Assembly (NCBI GenBank): GCA_052390235.1
Contig: JBQTHB010000003.1
Span: forward strand, 128,001-192,000
Length of the DNA stretch: 64,000 nucleotides
Direction: 5' to 3'
DNA from: Deltaproteobacteria bacterium
Lineage (GTDB): Bacteria > Desulfobacterota_D > UBA1144 > Nemesobacterales > CSP1-2
Shown: piece by piece, positions 21,367-30,902 of the stretch
Numbering within the stretch: position 1 is the first letter of the stretch
Layout: every line of letters starts with the position of its first letter
Notes under the pieces: generated by a model
Told to the model about the DNA's origin: nothing
Seen by the model: the letters and a program-made list of their open reading frames with translations, nothing else
The model's database searches: none
Program-made: the position numbers and the translations under genes

Positions 21367-21579
21367 ATGAAAAGAGAGGTTTTAATAAAATTTGGTCAAA
21401 AAGTCCGCGAGGAACGAGCTAGATTGGGTTTGTCGCAAGAAGAATTAGCCAGTCGAGCTGGCGTTCATCGAACTTATATCGGTATGATTGAACGTGCAGA
21501 GAAGAACATAACACTAAAAAACATTGAGAAAATCGCCAAGGCTTTGGAAGTTAGTATAGCGGACTTTTTTCACTCCTAA
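21367..21579 (+). CDS. XRE-family HTH protein, probable RM controller (C) protein
   Basis: LSQEELA..AGVHRTYIGMIERAEKNITL; 70 aa; directly precedes the endonuclease. Confidence 0.85.
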   Translation: MKREVLIKFGQKVREERARLGLSQEELASRAGVHRTYIGMIERAEKNITLKNIEKIAKALEVSIADFFHS

Positions 21580-21584
21580 AAACT

Positions 21585-22166
21585 ATGAATTCTCCCTATG
21601 CAGGCAAAAATCCAGAAGAATGGTTAGCGGTAACCAAAATGTTAATCAAAAAGCATCCTCTTCCTCCTCAAGAAATAAAGGAGGTTGTTCTTCAGTCTTG
21701 GGATGATATTTTTCAGTCGAAAATTGGTAAAAGAGGATATAAAATCGGAAAAGATATTTATCCTAAACCACAAATTTTAGGTTTCTTTTTACACGAGCTT
21801 ATTCCACTCGAATTTGAAAAGAGATACCCAAAGAAATGGCGACGAGAAATATCTGCAAAAGATAAGGACTTAATCTGTATACCAAATGATAATTTTTCCA
21901 TTGAGATAAAAACTTCATCAAATCCCGTAAGTATTTTCGGAAATAGAAGCTACACTCAAGAATCCTTAAATAGAAAGAAGGGCAAAGCAGGTTACTACTT
22001 AGCTATTAACTTTGAAAAATGTACCGATTCATGTCCAAAACCGAAAATACTCAAAATCAGATTCGGTTGGTTGGATCACTCGGATTGGCTCGGACAAGCT
22101 TCTGCAACCGGCCAGTAATCTAGGCTTAGTAGGAATGTTGAGAATTTCAAACTAATTGAGTTGTAG
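21585..22166 (+). pseudogene. ScaI-family Type II restriction endonuclease with apparent premature stop at 22116-22118
   Basis: SPY, HPL, PKPQILGFFLHELIP, KDL..SIEIKTSS, GNRSY, GWLDHSDW.GQ; frame continues SRLSRNVENFKLIEL after the TAA. Confidence 0.7.
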
Positions 22167-23010
22167 CAGCAAATTCAAAAAGTGACATTGGTTGAGGTGA
22201 TTTTTTGTATTGCTTAATTCTCTCAACTGCCAAATCGCAATACTTCTCGTTTATTTCAAACCCAACGAACTTTCTCCCGTTTGAAAGTGCAACAATCGCG
22301 GTTGTACCTGATCCAAGAAATGGATCTAATACTATTTCATTTGGATTACTGGATGCCTTCACTATTCGATCGATAAGTGCAATAGGAAATTGGGCTGGGT
22401 GTGGCATTCTTTCTCTTGAACTCCTGTTTGTGCCGGAGGTTACTTTTGGAATTTGCCAGACATCTGTTGGATTTTTACCTAAAGGATTGCATTTTAACTT
22501 TCCATTTTTCTTTTGATTCGGATATTTAACATTCTTATCTCGAATATCGTCAAGATTGAAAACATAATTTTCTTGATCTTTGACATACCAAAGGAGTTTC
22601 TCGTTGCGCGGAGAGAAAAATTTTCTACCAGCTACCCCTGCTCCATAATTCCATATTACCTCTTGAATGAAATAAAAAGGTGTTTTGTCCCAAAGTAGGT
22701 AAGGTATCGGAACGGCTTTTCCTTTTTCTGGAATTTCCAAGTATCCGATATTCAGCCAAAACGCGCCTTGGTTTTTCGTCACGCGATGAATTTCTGAAAT
22801 CCAATCTTTGCACCAATCCAAATAATTTTCAAGGGGCATCGGCTCCTCATATTCTTTCCCAATGTTGTAGGGAGGACTTGTAACCGTTATATCAACGAGA
22901 GAAGTATCAATCTTTCTCATTAACTCTAAGCAGTCGCCAGTATAAAGCACGCAATCGTCCGTTTCGAAATAAGGTTTGCCCAATGAGTTTTTTATCTGCT
23001 GTAGGTTCAT
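22147..23010 (-). CDS. N4-cytosine DNA methyltransferase (beta class), cognate to the ScaI-like REase
   Basis: TSPPY catalytic motif N-terminal, HPAQFP, DPFLGSGTT SAM motif C-terminal. Confidence 0.9.
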   Translation of the reverse strand: MNLQQIKNSLGKPYFETDDCVLYTGDCLELMRKIDTSLVDITVTSPPYNIGKEYEEPMPLENYLDWCKDWISEIHRVTKNQGAFWLNIGYLEIPEKGKAVPIPYLLWDKTPFYFIQEVIWNYGAGVAGRKFFSPRNEKLLWYVKDQENYVFNLDDIRDKNVKYPNQKKNGKLKCNPLGKNPTDVWQIPKVTSGTNRSSRERMPHPAQFPIALIDRIVKASSNPNEIVLDPFLGSGTTAIVALSNGRKFVGFEINEKYCDLAVERIKQYKKSPQPMSLFEFAATTQLV

Positions 23011-23058
23011 AATGACTTGATAACTATAGTATACATGAGGTAAAATGACAGTGCAACT

Positions 23059-23451
23059 ATGACAAGGGCTATTTATTCAGAAAAAGTGGATTTAATCATG
23101 AAAGCTCGCGAAGCGATGCTTTCTGCTGTCCAAATCTATAATAACCCGCTTATTTCATTCAAAACTGAGAGCTATATAGTGTTGTCCTTGATCGCTTGGA
23201 CTTATCTACTGCATGCTCATTACCGAGCAAAGGGAGTAGACTATCGTTATTTTACCAAATCTGGCGGGCGAAAGAAATTTACAAGAAACTCGGACGGCAG
23301 TATCAAATACTGGGACTTGAAAGAGTGTACTTCAAAGGCAGACTGCTCGCTGGATAAAGATACAGTGAACAATTTGAACTTCTTGATCGGGTTGCGAAAT
23401 CAAATTGAACACCGCAAAGCGAGCGGACTAGATTCATATTTTTTGCTATAA
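23059..23451 (+). pseudogene. DUF3644/HEPN-like protein, probably C-terminally truncated
   Basis: KAREAMLSAVQIYNNP..FKTE..IAWTYLLHA and LRNQIEH (RxxxxH); ORF ends shortly after the motif. Confidence 0.6.
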
Positions 23452-23452
23452 T
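23444..23452 (+). promoter_or_regulatory. Extended -10 promoter (TGcTATAAT) for mod-rhuM-res
   Basis: Consensus extended -10 ending 28 nt before the mod ATG; GAGGAAGG SD-like sequence follows. Confidence 0.6.
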
Positions 23453-23480
23453 TGAGCCAACAGCTTGAGGAAGGGGCAAT

Positions 23481-25220
23481 ATGGCGGATAACTCGCTTAA
23501 AAAGGGCAGATACACTAAATACGGCAATAAGATTGGGCTATATAGTAACGCGAAGGGCAGTTTTATCAAAAATGGCAGCGAAGTAGTGCTGAACTTTCCT
23601 TTCAAAGACACCGTGCTAGAAGCTGGCATGAGCCGCGAAGACGCCGGACGCGAGGAACGATTCTTGCATCTGGAGATTGACAGCAAGGACATTGACACGC
23701 TGGAAGAGCCAAAGGCGCTGACTGACTTTCGCTACATTGACAAAGACGGCGAGAAACCCCTAAACGCAGGTAGCGGCATAGAGTTTTTTGATAATGATGG
23801 CAACCTCAAGCAAAACCTGCTCATCAAGGGCAATAACCTGCTGGCGCTTTATTCACTGCGTGAGAAGTTAGCTGGCAAGGTGAAGCTGATTTACATTGAC
23901 CCGCCGTACAACACCGGCAATGACGGCTTCCGCTATAACGATAATTTCAATCATTCCGCGTGGCTAACTTTTATGAAAAATCGGCTTGAAGTAGCGAAGG
24001 ATTTGCTGGCTGATGAGGGCAGTATCTGGATAAGCATCGACGATAATGAGAGTCATTATTTAAAAATATTATGCGATGAAATTTTTGGCAGGGATAATTT
24101 TGTAATTCAATCCGTTATAAAACGAGGTTCGGCAACCGGCCATAAATCAATCAATCCTACGCCAATTCAAGTTTGTGATTATTTATTGGTTTTTACTAAA
24201 GATAAATCAAAATGGAAATACAAGCCAGTCTATCAAGAGCGTGGTTTCGATAGAGCATATTCTAAATTTATAGATAATTTTGACGATAATTTTGAAAATT
24301 GGACATTTATTAGCCTTAAACAAGCGCAGATAAAGTTTGGCTTTAGTATAGAAAAAAACTTAGAAAAATACGCCGATAGAATAACAAGATTTGCCCAACC
24401 AGACTATAAAAATGTTGGCCAAGACATCAGGAGCCTTATTGATATTTCAAAAAAAGATATCTCGAAGGTATATCTTCATAAACGAGATGGGTATCCCGAT
24501 ATATATATGTATGCAGGTGATCGAATTTTATTCTACAAGGATAAATTAAGGAACGTTGATGGGCGTCTAATAACAGCAGAGCCTGCTACGAATCTTTGGG
24601 TTGATATGAATTATCAAGGTATTGCCAGCGAAGGCGGCGTAACGCTTCTAAGAGGTAAAAAGCCTGAATTACAGATAAAACGCATTTTAGAAATGTCTAC
24701 GAATGAAAACGACATCGTACTGGACTTTATGCTCGGCAGCGGTACGACATCAGCCGTGGCTCATAAAATGAACCGCCGTTGGGTCGGGATTGAGCAGATG
24801 GACTACATTGAAGACGTTGCCAAAGAACGACTCAAAAAGGTCGTGGCAGGCGAGCAGGGCGGCATCAGCAAAAGCGTTGACTGGACTGGCGGCGGTTCAT
24901 TCGTCTATTTTGAACTCAAGAAATACAACCAAGAGTACGTTGACCGCATCATGGCGGCGGCGAGCCTGTCCGAGCTTGAAGACCTATATGTTGATATGCG
25001 TAACAACGCATTTCTGAAGTTTTGGTTTGACCGCAAAGAGTTTGAAAAGGACGAGAACTTCCGCAAGTTGGATATTGAAAAAAGGAAGCAAAAGCTGGTG
25101 GAAGTGCTGGACGAGAACCAGCTATATCTCAATTATGCCGATATGGGCGACACACGCCACAAAGTTAGCGACGACGAGAAAACGCTGACGGACAAGTTCT
25201 ATGGCACGGCAGACAAATGA
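23481..25220 (+). CDS. mod: Type III RM methyltransferase subunit (N6-adenine)
   Basis: NLLIKGNNL, IYIDPPYN, KKPE, VLDFMLGSGTT, GEQGGISK. Confidence 0.93.
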   Translation: MADNSLKKGRYTKYGNKIGLYSNAKGSFIKNGSEVVLNFPFKDTVLEAGMSREDAGREERFLHLEIDSKDIDTLEEPKALTDFRYIDKDGEKPLNAGSGIEFFDNDGNLKQNLLIKGNNLLALYSLREKLAGKVKLIYIDPPYNTGNDGFRYNDNFNHSAWLTFMKNRLEVAKDLLADEGSIWISIDDNESHYLKILCDEIFGRDNFVIQSVIKRGSATGHKSINPTPIQVCDYLLVFTKDKSKWKYKPVYQERGFDRAYSKFIDNFDDNFENWTFISLKQAQIKFGFSIEKNLEKYADRITRFAQPDYKNVGQDIRSLIDISKKDISKVYLHKRDGYPDIYMYAGDRILFYKDKLRNVDGRLITAEPATNLWVDMNYQGIASEGGVTLLRGKKPELQIKRILEMSTNENDIVLDFMLGSGTTSAVAHKMNRRWVGIEQMDYIEDVAKERLKKVVAGEQGGISKSVDWTGGGSFVYFELKKYNQEYVDRIMAAASLSELEDLYVDMRNNAFLKFWFDRKEFEKDENFRKLDIEKRKQKLVEVLDENQLYLNYADMGDTRHKVSDDEKTLTDKFYGTADK

Positions 25221-26263
25221 GCATTGACGATAAAAGCAACGAAGTCATTATCTACACCGGCGAGAACGGCCAGACGCACATTGGGGTGAAGTTTCAGGGC
25301 GAGACGGCGTGGCTTACACAAGCTCAGTTGGTGGAGCTTTTTCAATCAAGCAAGGCAAATGTCAGCGAGCATATTAAGAATACTTTTGATGAAGGCGAGT
25401 TGCGACAAGATTCAGTTGTTCGGATTTTCCGAACAACTGCCGCTGATGGCAAGAGCTACGATGTTAATTATTACAACCTCGATATGATTATCTCTCTCGG
25501 CTATCGCATTAAATCATCGGTCGCCACCAAATTCCGCATCTGGGCGACTGAAAGATTGCGCGAGTACATCGTCAAAGGGTTTGCGATGGACGACGAACGC
25601 CTGAAAGGCGCTGGCGGCGGCAACTACTGGAAAGAGCTTCTGGAGCGCATCCGCGATATCCGCAGCAGCGAAAAAGCGTTGTATCGGCAGGTGCTGGATT
25701 TATACGCTACCAGCGTGGATTACGACCCGAACAACTCGGAAACCGTCAAATTCTTTAAAGTAGTGCAAAACAAATTGCACTATGCCACGAACAAGCAAAC
25801 TGCCGCAGAAGTCATCCATGCCCGGGCCGATAGCGCCAAGGATTTTATGGGATTGATTACGTTTGCCGGCGCGATGCCAATCCTTAAGGATATAGCTGTA
25901 GCGAAAAACTATTTGACGGAAGACGAGCTGTTCGTGCTTAACCGCTTGGTTTCGGCATTCTTTGACTTGGCGGAAATAAAGGCGCGGGAGCATACTCCAA
26001 TGCGTATGAGAGATTGGGTGCGGGAACTGGACAAATTTGCCGCCGCCTACGGCAAAGGGGTACTGCAAAACGCAGGCGCTATAAGCCACAGACAAGCCGA
26101 GGAAAAGGCGGCGAAAGAGTACCGCAAGTACCAGGCGCGAACACTTTCGCCGGTAGAAGAGGCTTACCTGGAATCCGTCAAAGCGCTCTCCAAGCAGGCT
26201 GAAGCGGCAATTCGGCAAAGTTCAAAAACTAAGCGAGCGACAAAACGCGGTGAAAAAAAGTAA
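25217..26263 (+). CDS. RhuM-family (virulence RhuM) DNA-binding protein
   Basis: WLTQAQL.ELF, YYNLDMIISLGYR, FRIWAT..LREYIVKGF, RIRDIRSSE, VQNKLH. Confidence 0.9.
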   Translation: MSIDDKSNEVIIYTGENGQTHIGVKFQGETAWLTQAQLVELFQSSKANVSEHIKNTFDEGELRQDSVVRIFRTTAADGKSYDVNYYNLDMIISLGYRIKSSVATKFRIWATERLREYIVKGFAMDDERLKGAGGGNYWKELLERIRDIRSSEKALYRQVLDLYATSVDYDPNNSETVKFFKVVQNKLHYATNKQTAAEVIHARADSAKDFMGLITFAGAMPILKDIAVAKNYLTEDELFVLNRLVSAFFDLAEIKAREHTPMRMRDWVRELDKFAAAYGKGVLQNAGAISHRQAEEKAAKEYRKYQARTLSPVEEAYLESVKALSKQAEAAIRQSSKTKRATKRGEKK

Positions 26264-29069
26264 AACTAAGGTCAATGAAACTCTTGGCGGCTTCCTATTC
26301 AACAAAATAGAAGGCGACCCTGATTATGTACAGTGGGCTAAGTCCTACAAAATACCAGACTATATAACTGAGAACCTACATCCGACTAAGCAGCTGCGCG
26401 GCTATCCAGAAACAGCGCTGAAGCGCTGTTTCTGGCTATACGACAACGATAGAGCCAACGCCAAGCACCTGCTATTCAATATGGCGACTGGCGCTGGCAA
26501 GACGCTCGTGATGGCTTCTGTTGTGCTATTTTTGTATGAAAAAGGCTACCGCAACTTTCTCTTTCTCGTGCATCAGATACAAATCAAAGACCAAGCCGTC
26601 AAGAACTTCACGGACTATAAGTTTGATAAATACCTGTTCAGTCCGAAGGGTATCAAAATCAATGGGCGAAGTGTTGATGTCAGGATGGTTGAAAGCGTAG
26701 CTGATGCCAATCTCAACGCTATCAATTTTATGTTCTTTAGCACATCACTGCTGTACAACCGCCTCAAAGAAGACCGCGAAAATGGGCTGACGGCTGGAGA
26801 TTTTGCCGAGAATGACATTGTAATCATCGCCGATGAAGCGCATCGCCTCAACGTAGATACACGCAGTAAAAACAAGACAGATATTGAAGAAATAGAGAAC
26901 TGGGAAACCGCTGTGATGTCGGCGATAAAGGCTCGCGGGGGAAACATACTGCTAGAGTTCACGGCTACTGTGGATTTAGCCAACCGAGATATTCACGAAA
27001 AATATACGGAAAAAATAGTACACCGCTACGACTTTTTAGAGTTCAATAGGGACGGCTACAGCAAAGATGTGAAGTTCTTATTCAACCAAGAAGTCCACAC
27101 TGAAAACCAGAAACGGCTGCTAATTATCAACGCGGTCGCTTTGAGCGAGTATCGCAGGTTGCTTGCAGAGCGTGAGATGGGCGTTTCCATAAGCCCAATT
27201 GTACTAATCAAGTCGGTCAAGATTGCTCAGAGCGAGGACGACCGCAAGTTCTTTGACAGCGTTATCAGTTCATTGCGGCCAGAAGATTTAAGCCGCTTGA
27301 AGGAACTGAGTCGTGAGAATAAAGACCGCGAACACGAAATACTAGCCGATATGTTTGCGTGGCTTAGCTCAAAAGAAAGCGGGCTTGTAGCACCGGGCGA
27401 TTGGGACGGCTTGAAGGGGTTTACGGCAGAAATACGCGCCAGATTTGCCCACGAAAACACGCTTATCTACAACAGCCAGAAGAAAGAAAAAGCTGAACTA
27501 CTGCCGCTTCTCGATAGCCCGCGAAACACTATACGAGCCATCTTTTCAGTCAACGCCCTAAACGAAGGCTGGGACGTGCTGGGGCTGTTCGACATTGTGC
27601 ATTTTGATATTTCTGAAGCCAAGAAGGTATCGCTCCAGGACATCCAGCTCATCGGACGCGGCGCTAGATACTGCCCTTATGAGCTACCGAAGGCTTATAA
27701 GCCAGACGAACCTGGCACTATTTTTGGGCGTGGTCTGGAGTTTGATAAATACAAGCGCAAGTTTGATAACGCACCATTTGAGCGCGGGCGGGCGCTGGAA
27801 ACCTTCGTATATCACTTTGTAAAAACCGGCACATTCCTAGAAAATCTTCGGCGTGATTTGCTCGGCGAGGGTATCATCAGCGAAGGAGTAGAGAAGAAAA
27901 CTATCAGTATGAAACAGAAATTTCTTGATAGCGATACTTACAAAAAAGGGTTCGTGCTTGTAAACCGCACTGAAAAGCGTACCAAAACGCTTGGCGCAGA
28001 AATTGAGACTACGTTCAGGCGTGTCATAAAGGCTGGCTCGTACAACCTGCGCGCTAGGGGCTTATCCGATGTTGAGCAGAACCAGATTATCGCCGGGCAG
28101 AAGGTTGCCGTTATCCGCATCACTGAGGAGTATTTCCCGATGCCTATTATCCGCAAAGCGCTGGTGTCGGCAGAGGGCAACTTCTTCCGCTTCAACAATC
28201 TGAGCAAACATATTGTCGGTATTGGCACGATTGATGAGCTGATTGAAAAATATCTGCCGCTTTACGAAATCAAATACACCTACGAAGAAGGCAAAGGCAT
28301 TAGCCAGCTCAGCCCAACCGAAAAATTGCAATTGCTGGTGGGCGTGATACTGCCAGAGGTTCGCAGTGCAATTGACGTAAATATGCCGCGCGTTACAGGT
28401 AGCAAGAAGTTCCGACCTGTGCCGCTATCAGCAGTATTTGGCAGGGAAAAAAATATACACCTGATGTCATTCCCAGTAGAAGACCCAACTACTGGCGAGA
28501 AGGTCTCTATGAGTAATGACGAGCGAGCCAAAGCACAATCAGACCACGACAACCCCGAGCTTCAGTACGATATTAAATCTGCCAACTGGTACGCCTACGA
28601 TGAAAATTACGGCACGAGCGAAGAGAAGAAGTTCGTGAAGTACATCGCCAGTCAGATGGGCGATTTGCGTGCTAAGTACGCGGGCGCAGAGATTTACCTC
28701 ATACGCAATGAGCTTGATTACTGGCTATTTAGCCCGCAAGACGGACGCAGATTTAGCCCCGACTATATGCTGATTGTAAACGATGCGCAAAATGGCGAGA
28801 TGTACTATCAAGCGCTGATTGAACCAAAGGGCGGTCATCTGCTAGAGCGCGACGCTTGGAAAGAAGAAGCTCTGATAAGCCTTGCCGATGATAGCGAAGT
28901 GGTGTTTGATAGCGACGACGGCGACACACGCAATTACCGTGAATACTTAGCAGAAGCCAGCAAGCGCGGCTACAAGGAAGTGAAACCTCTAGGGCTTAAG
29001 TTCTACAACTCAGACCCGCGCGGCGAAGCTGATTTTGCCCTTGAATTCCAAGCCAAGTTACTCAGCTAG
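26250..29069 (+). CDS. res: Type III RM restriction subunit (helicase-like ATPase plus PD-(D/E)xK nuclease)
   Basis: MATGAGKT, DEAH, FTAT, LNEGWD, QLIGRGAR, FSPDY..IEPKG. Confidence 0.93.
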   Translation: MKKSKTKVNETLGGFLFNKIEGDPDYVQWAKSYKIPDYITENLHPTKQLRGYPETALKRCFWLYDNDRANAKHLLFNMATGAGKTLVMASVVLFLYEKGYRNFLFLVHQIQIKDQAVKNFTDYKFDKYLFSPKGIKINGRSVDVRMVESVADANLNAINFMFFSTSLLYNRLKEDRENGLTAGDFAENDIVIIADEAHRLNVDTRSKNKTDIEEIENWETAVMSAIKARGGNILLEFTATVDLANRDIHEKYTEKIVHRYDFLEFNRDGYSKDVKFLFNQEVHTENQKRLLIINAVALSEYRRLLAEREMGVSISPIVLIKSVKIAQSEDDRKFFDSVISSLRPEDLSRLKELSRENKDREHEILADMFAWLSSKESGLVAPGDWDGLKGFTAEIRARFAHENTLIYNSQKKEKAELLPLLDSPRNTIRAIFSVNALNEGWDVLGLFDIVHFDISEAKKVSLQDIQLIGRGARYCPYELPKAYKPDEPGTIFGRGLEFDKYKRKFDNAPFERGRALETFVYHFVKTGTFLENLRRDLLGEGIISEGVEKKTISMKQKFLDSDTYKKGFVLVNRTEKRTKTLGAEIETTFRRVIKAGSYNLRARGLSDVEQNQIIAGQKVAVIRITEEYFPMPIIRKALVSAEGNFFRFNNLSKHIVGIGTIDELIEKYLPLYEIKYTYEEGKGISQLSPTEKLQLLVGVILPEVRSAIDVNMPRVTGSKKFRPVPLSAVFGREKNIHLMSFPVEDPTTGEKVSMSNDERAKAQSDHDNPELQYDIKSANWYAYDENYGTSEEKKFVKYIASQMGDLRAKYAGAEIYLIRNELDYWLFSPQDGRRFSPDYMLIVNDAQNGEMYYQALIEPKGGHLLERDAWKEEALISLADDSEVVFDSDDGDTRNYREYLAEASKRGYKEVKPLGLKFYNSDPRGEADFALEFQAKLLS

Positions 29070-29168
29070 CACAGCGGCTCAATCGGCAGTGGCGGCAGGT
29101 CAGGGGAATTGATTTCTCCCTCTCGCGTAGGGTAGAATCAACCAAAAATTACACAAGAGAAAACCTCA

Positions 29169-29897
29169 ATGAGCGGAGACATCCAGAGAGCTAAAGAGCT
29201 AATCAAAAACGCCAAATCCGTAGCCGTCCTCACCGGAGCGGGGATTTCCGCCGAAAGCGGCATCCCGACATTCCGCGGCGAGAGGGGGCTTTGGGAGAAA
29301 TACCGCCCTGAAGATGTTGACACGCAAGACGCCTTCCGCCGCAACCCCGCTTACGTCTGGGAGTGGTACGGGAGCATCCGAGAACTAGTGGCGAAATCAA
29401 AGCCCAACGCGGGACACCTCGCCCTAGTCGAGCTTGAGAGAATGAAGGGGAATTTTGGCATAATCACTCAGAATATTGACGACCTTCACCGCGCCGCCGG
29501 CAGCAGGAACGTCATCGAGCTTCACGGCAACGTCTGGCGTCCGAGATGCGCCGTCTGCCTCGAAATAGAAGAAAATCGTGAAGTTCCGCTTGCCGAATCC
29601 CCGCCTAAATGTAGAAAATGCGGCGGGATGCTCCGCCCCGGCGTTATCTGGTACGATGAGAACATTCCGGCGGAGATAATTGACGCATCCCTCATTGCCA
29701 TTGAGACCTGCGACGTGATGGTGATTATCGGCACATCCGCGCTTGTAGAACCCGCAGGCTCAATGGGGCTGGTGGCAAAGCGCATCGGCAAACCCGTTAT
29801 CGAGATAAACCTCGAGCGCACAATGAACTCGGTCTTCTACGATGTTATCCTGCTTGGGAAATCGGGGGATATTCTGCCCGAGATTATCCTCGGCTGA
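29169..29897 (+). CDS. cobB: NAD-dependent protein deacylase (sirtuin)
   Basis: GAGISAESGIPTFRG, TQNIDDLH, HG, two CxxC, GTS. Confidence 0.93.
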   Translation: MSGDIQRAKELIKNAKSVAVLTGAGISAESGIPTFRGERGLWEKYRPEDVDTQDAFRRNPAYVWEWYGSIRELVAKSKPNAGHLALVELERMKGNFGIITQNIDDLHRAAGSRNVIELHGNVWRPRCAVCLEIEENREVPLAESPPKCRKCGGMLRPGVIWYDENIPAEIIDASLIAIETCDVMVIIGTSALVEPAGSMGLVAKRIGKPVIEINLERTMNSVFYDVILLGKSGDILPEIILG

Positions 29898-29948
29898 TGG
29901 GATACTCGCCCGCCCAGCCGCTACAAGCGCTTTCGCGGGGGCTGGACG

Positions 29949-30749
29949 CTAATCGTCATGTATCGCATCATCCTGCGGCTTGTCCGCCGAATCCGGCATC
30001 GCCGTATCGTGGAATTCACCCTGAGACCCTCTGAGCCTTATATATACCGATTTACTCGAGCCTCTGGTGAGTATCTCAAAATGGTCGGCAAGGGAGCGAA
30101 ACAGGGGCGTCATGGTTTTAAATCCGTAGCTTCTGGGGTCGAAACTGGGGTCGAGCTTTCTGAGCGCCTCCCCGATTTTTCCCAAGTACGCGAGTTCGTC
30201 CTCCTGAACGACGTTGTTAACCGCCTCTTTGAGGAGCTTTATCGTCTCTTCGGTAGGGGCGGCGGCGCGCCTTACGCCCTTCTTTCCGCCCTCAGACGAG
30301 GCTTCGGGTTTATCCACGAGATTCTCCGTATATACGAAAAGCTCGCAGGCTTTGACAAACGGCTGAGGGGTTTTCTTCTGCCCTATGCCCATGATGAAAA
30401 CGCCGGATTCTCTGAGCCTCGTGGCTAGGCGCGTGTAGTCGCTGTCGCTTGAGACGATGCAAAAACCGTTGACTATTTTCTCGTGGAGGATGTCCATGGC
30501 GTCAATAATGAGCGAGCTGTCAGTAGAGTTTTTACCGGAGGTGTATTTGAACTGCTGTATGGGCTGAATGGCGAACACGTGAAGCGCGCTCTTCCATCCG
30601 TTCATGTGCGGGCTTGTCCAATCGCCGTAAATCCGCCTGATAGTTACGACGCCTTTTTTAGTTACCTCGCTGAGGATTTTTCCAAGCAAGTTGGGTTGAG
30701 CATTCTCGCCGTCTATGAGAACGGCTACTTTAAAAGAGTTTTCATTCAT
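29949..30749 (-). CDS. NYN-domain protein with C-terminal OST-HTH/LOTUS domain
   Basis: LIDGEN, RIYGDW, GKNSTD, SSDSDY, FDPRSYG. Confidence 0.9.
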   Translation of the reverse strand: MNENSFKVAVLIDGENAQPNLLGKILSEVTKKGVVTIRRIYGDWTSPHMNGWKSALHVFAIQPIQQFKYTSGKNSTDSSLIIDAMDILHEKIVNGFCIVSSDSDYTRLATRLRESGVFIMGIGQKKTPQPFVKACELFVYTENLVDKPEASSEGGKKGVRRAAAPTEETIKLLKEAVNNVVQEDELAYLGKIGEALRKLDPSFDPRSYGFKTMTPLFRSLADHFEILTRGSSKSVYIRLRGSQGEFHDTAMPDSADKPQDDAIHDD

Positions 30750-30902
30750 TTTGGGTTCTTCTTTTTACTTTTTGATGGCTATCAGAATAACTGACTTTTA
30801 CGCACTTATCACTTTTCGCCGGAAAATTGGGCGGACAGGAGCCGCGCCGGGCTTGAGAAGCTCCCAGAGATTAACCGCGTTTTGTGCTGTAGAATATTAA
30901 TT

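Larger units (their letters stand above)
21109..29069. mobile_element. tRNA-adjacent restriction-modification/defence island without integrase
   Basis: Abrupt composition shift after the tRNA, RM cargo, truncated genes; right edge approximate; no att repeat found. Confidence 0.75.

Noticed and set aside
23481..25220. Phase-variable mod (phasevarion)
   Set aside because: No simple-sequence repeat tract seen in the gene
29070..29168. attR copy of the tRNA-Asn 3' end
   Set aside because: No match to the tRNA 3' sequence seen
29169..30749. Sir2 plus NYN as an anti-phage module extending the island
   Set aside because: The sirtuin has classic CobB features (Zn ribbon, ~240 aa), the two genes are convergent, and both have host-like composition
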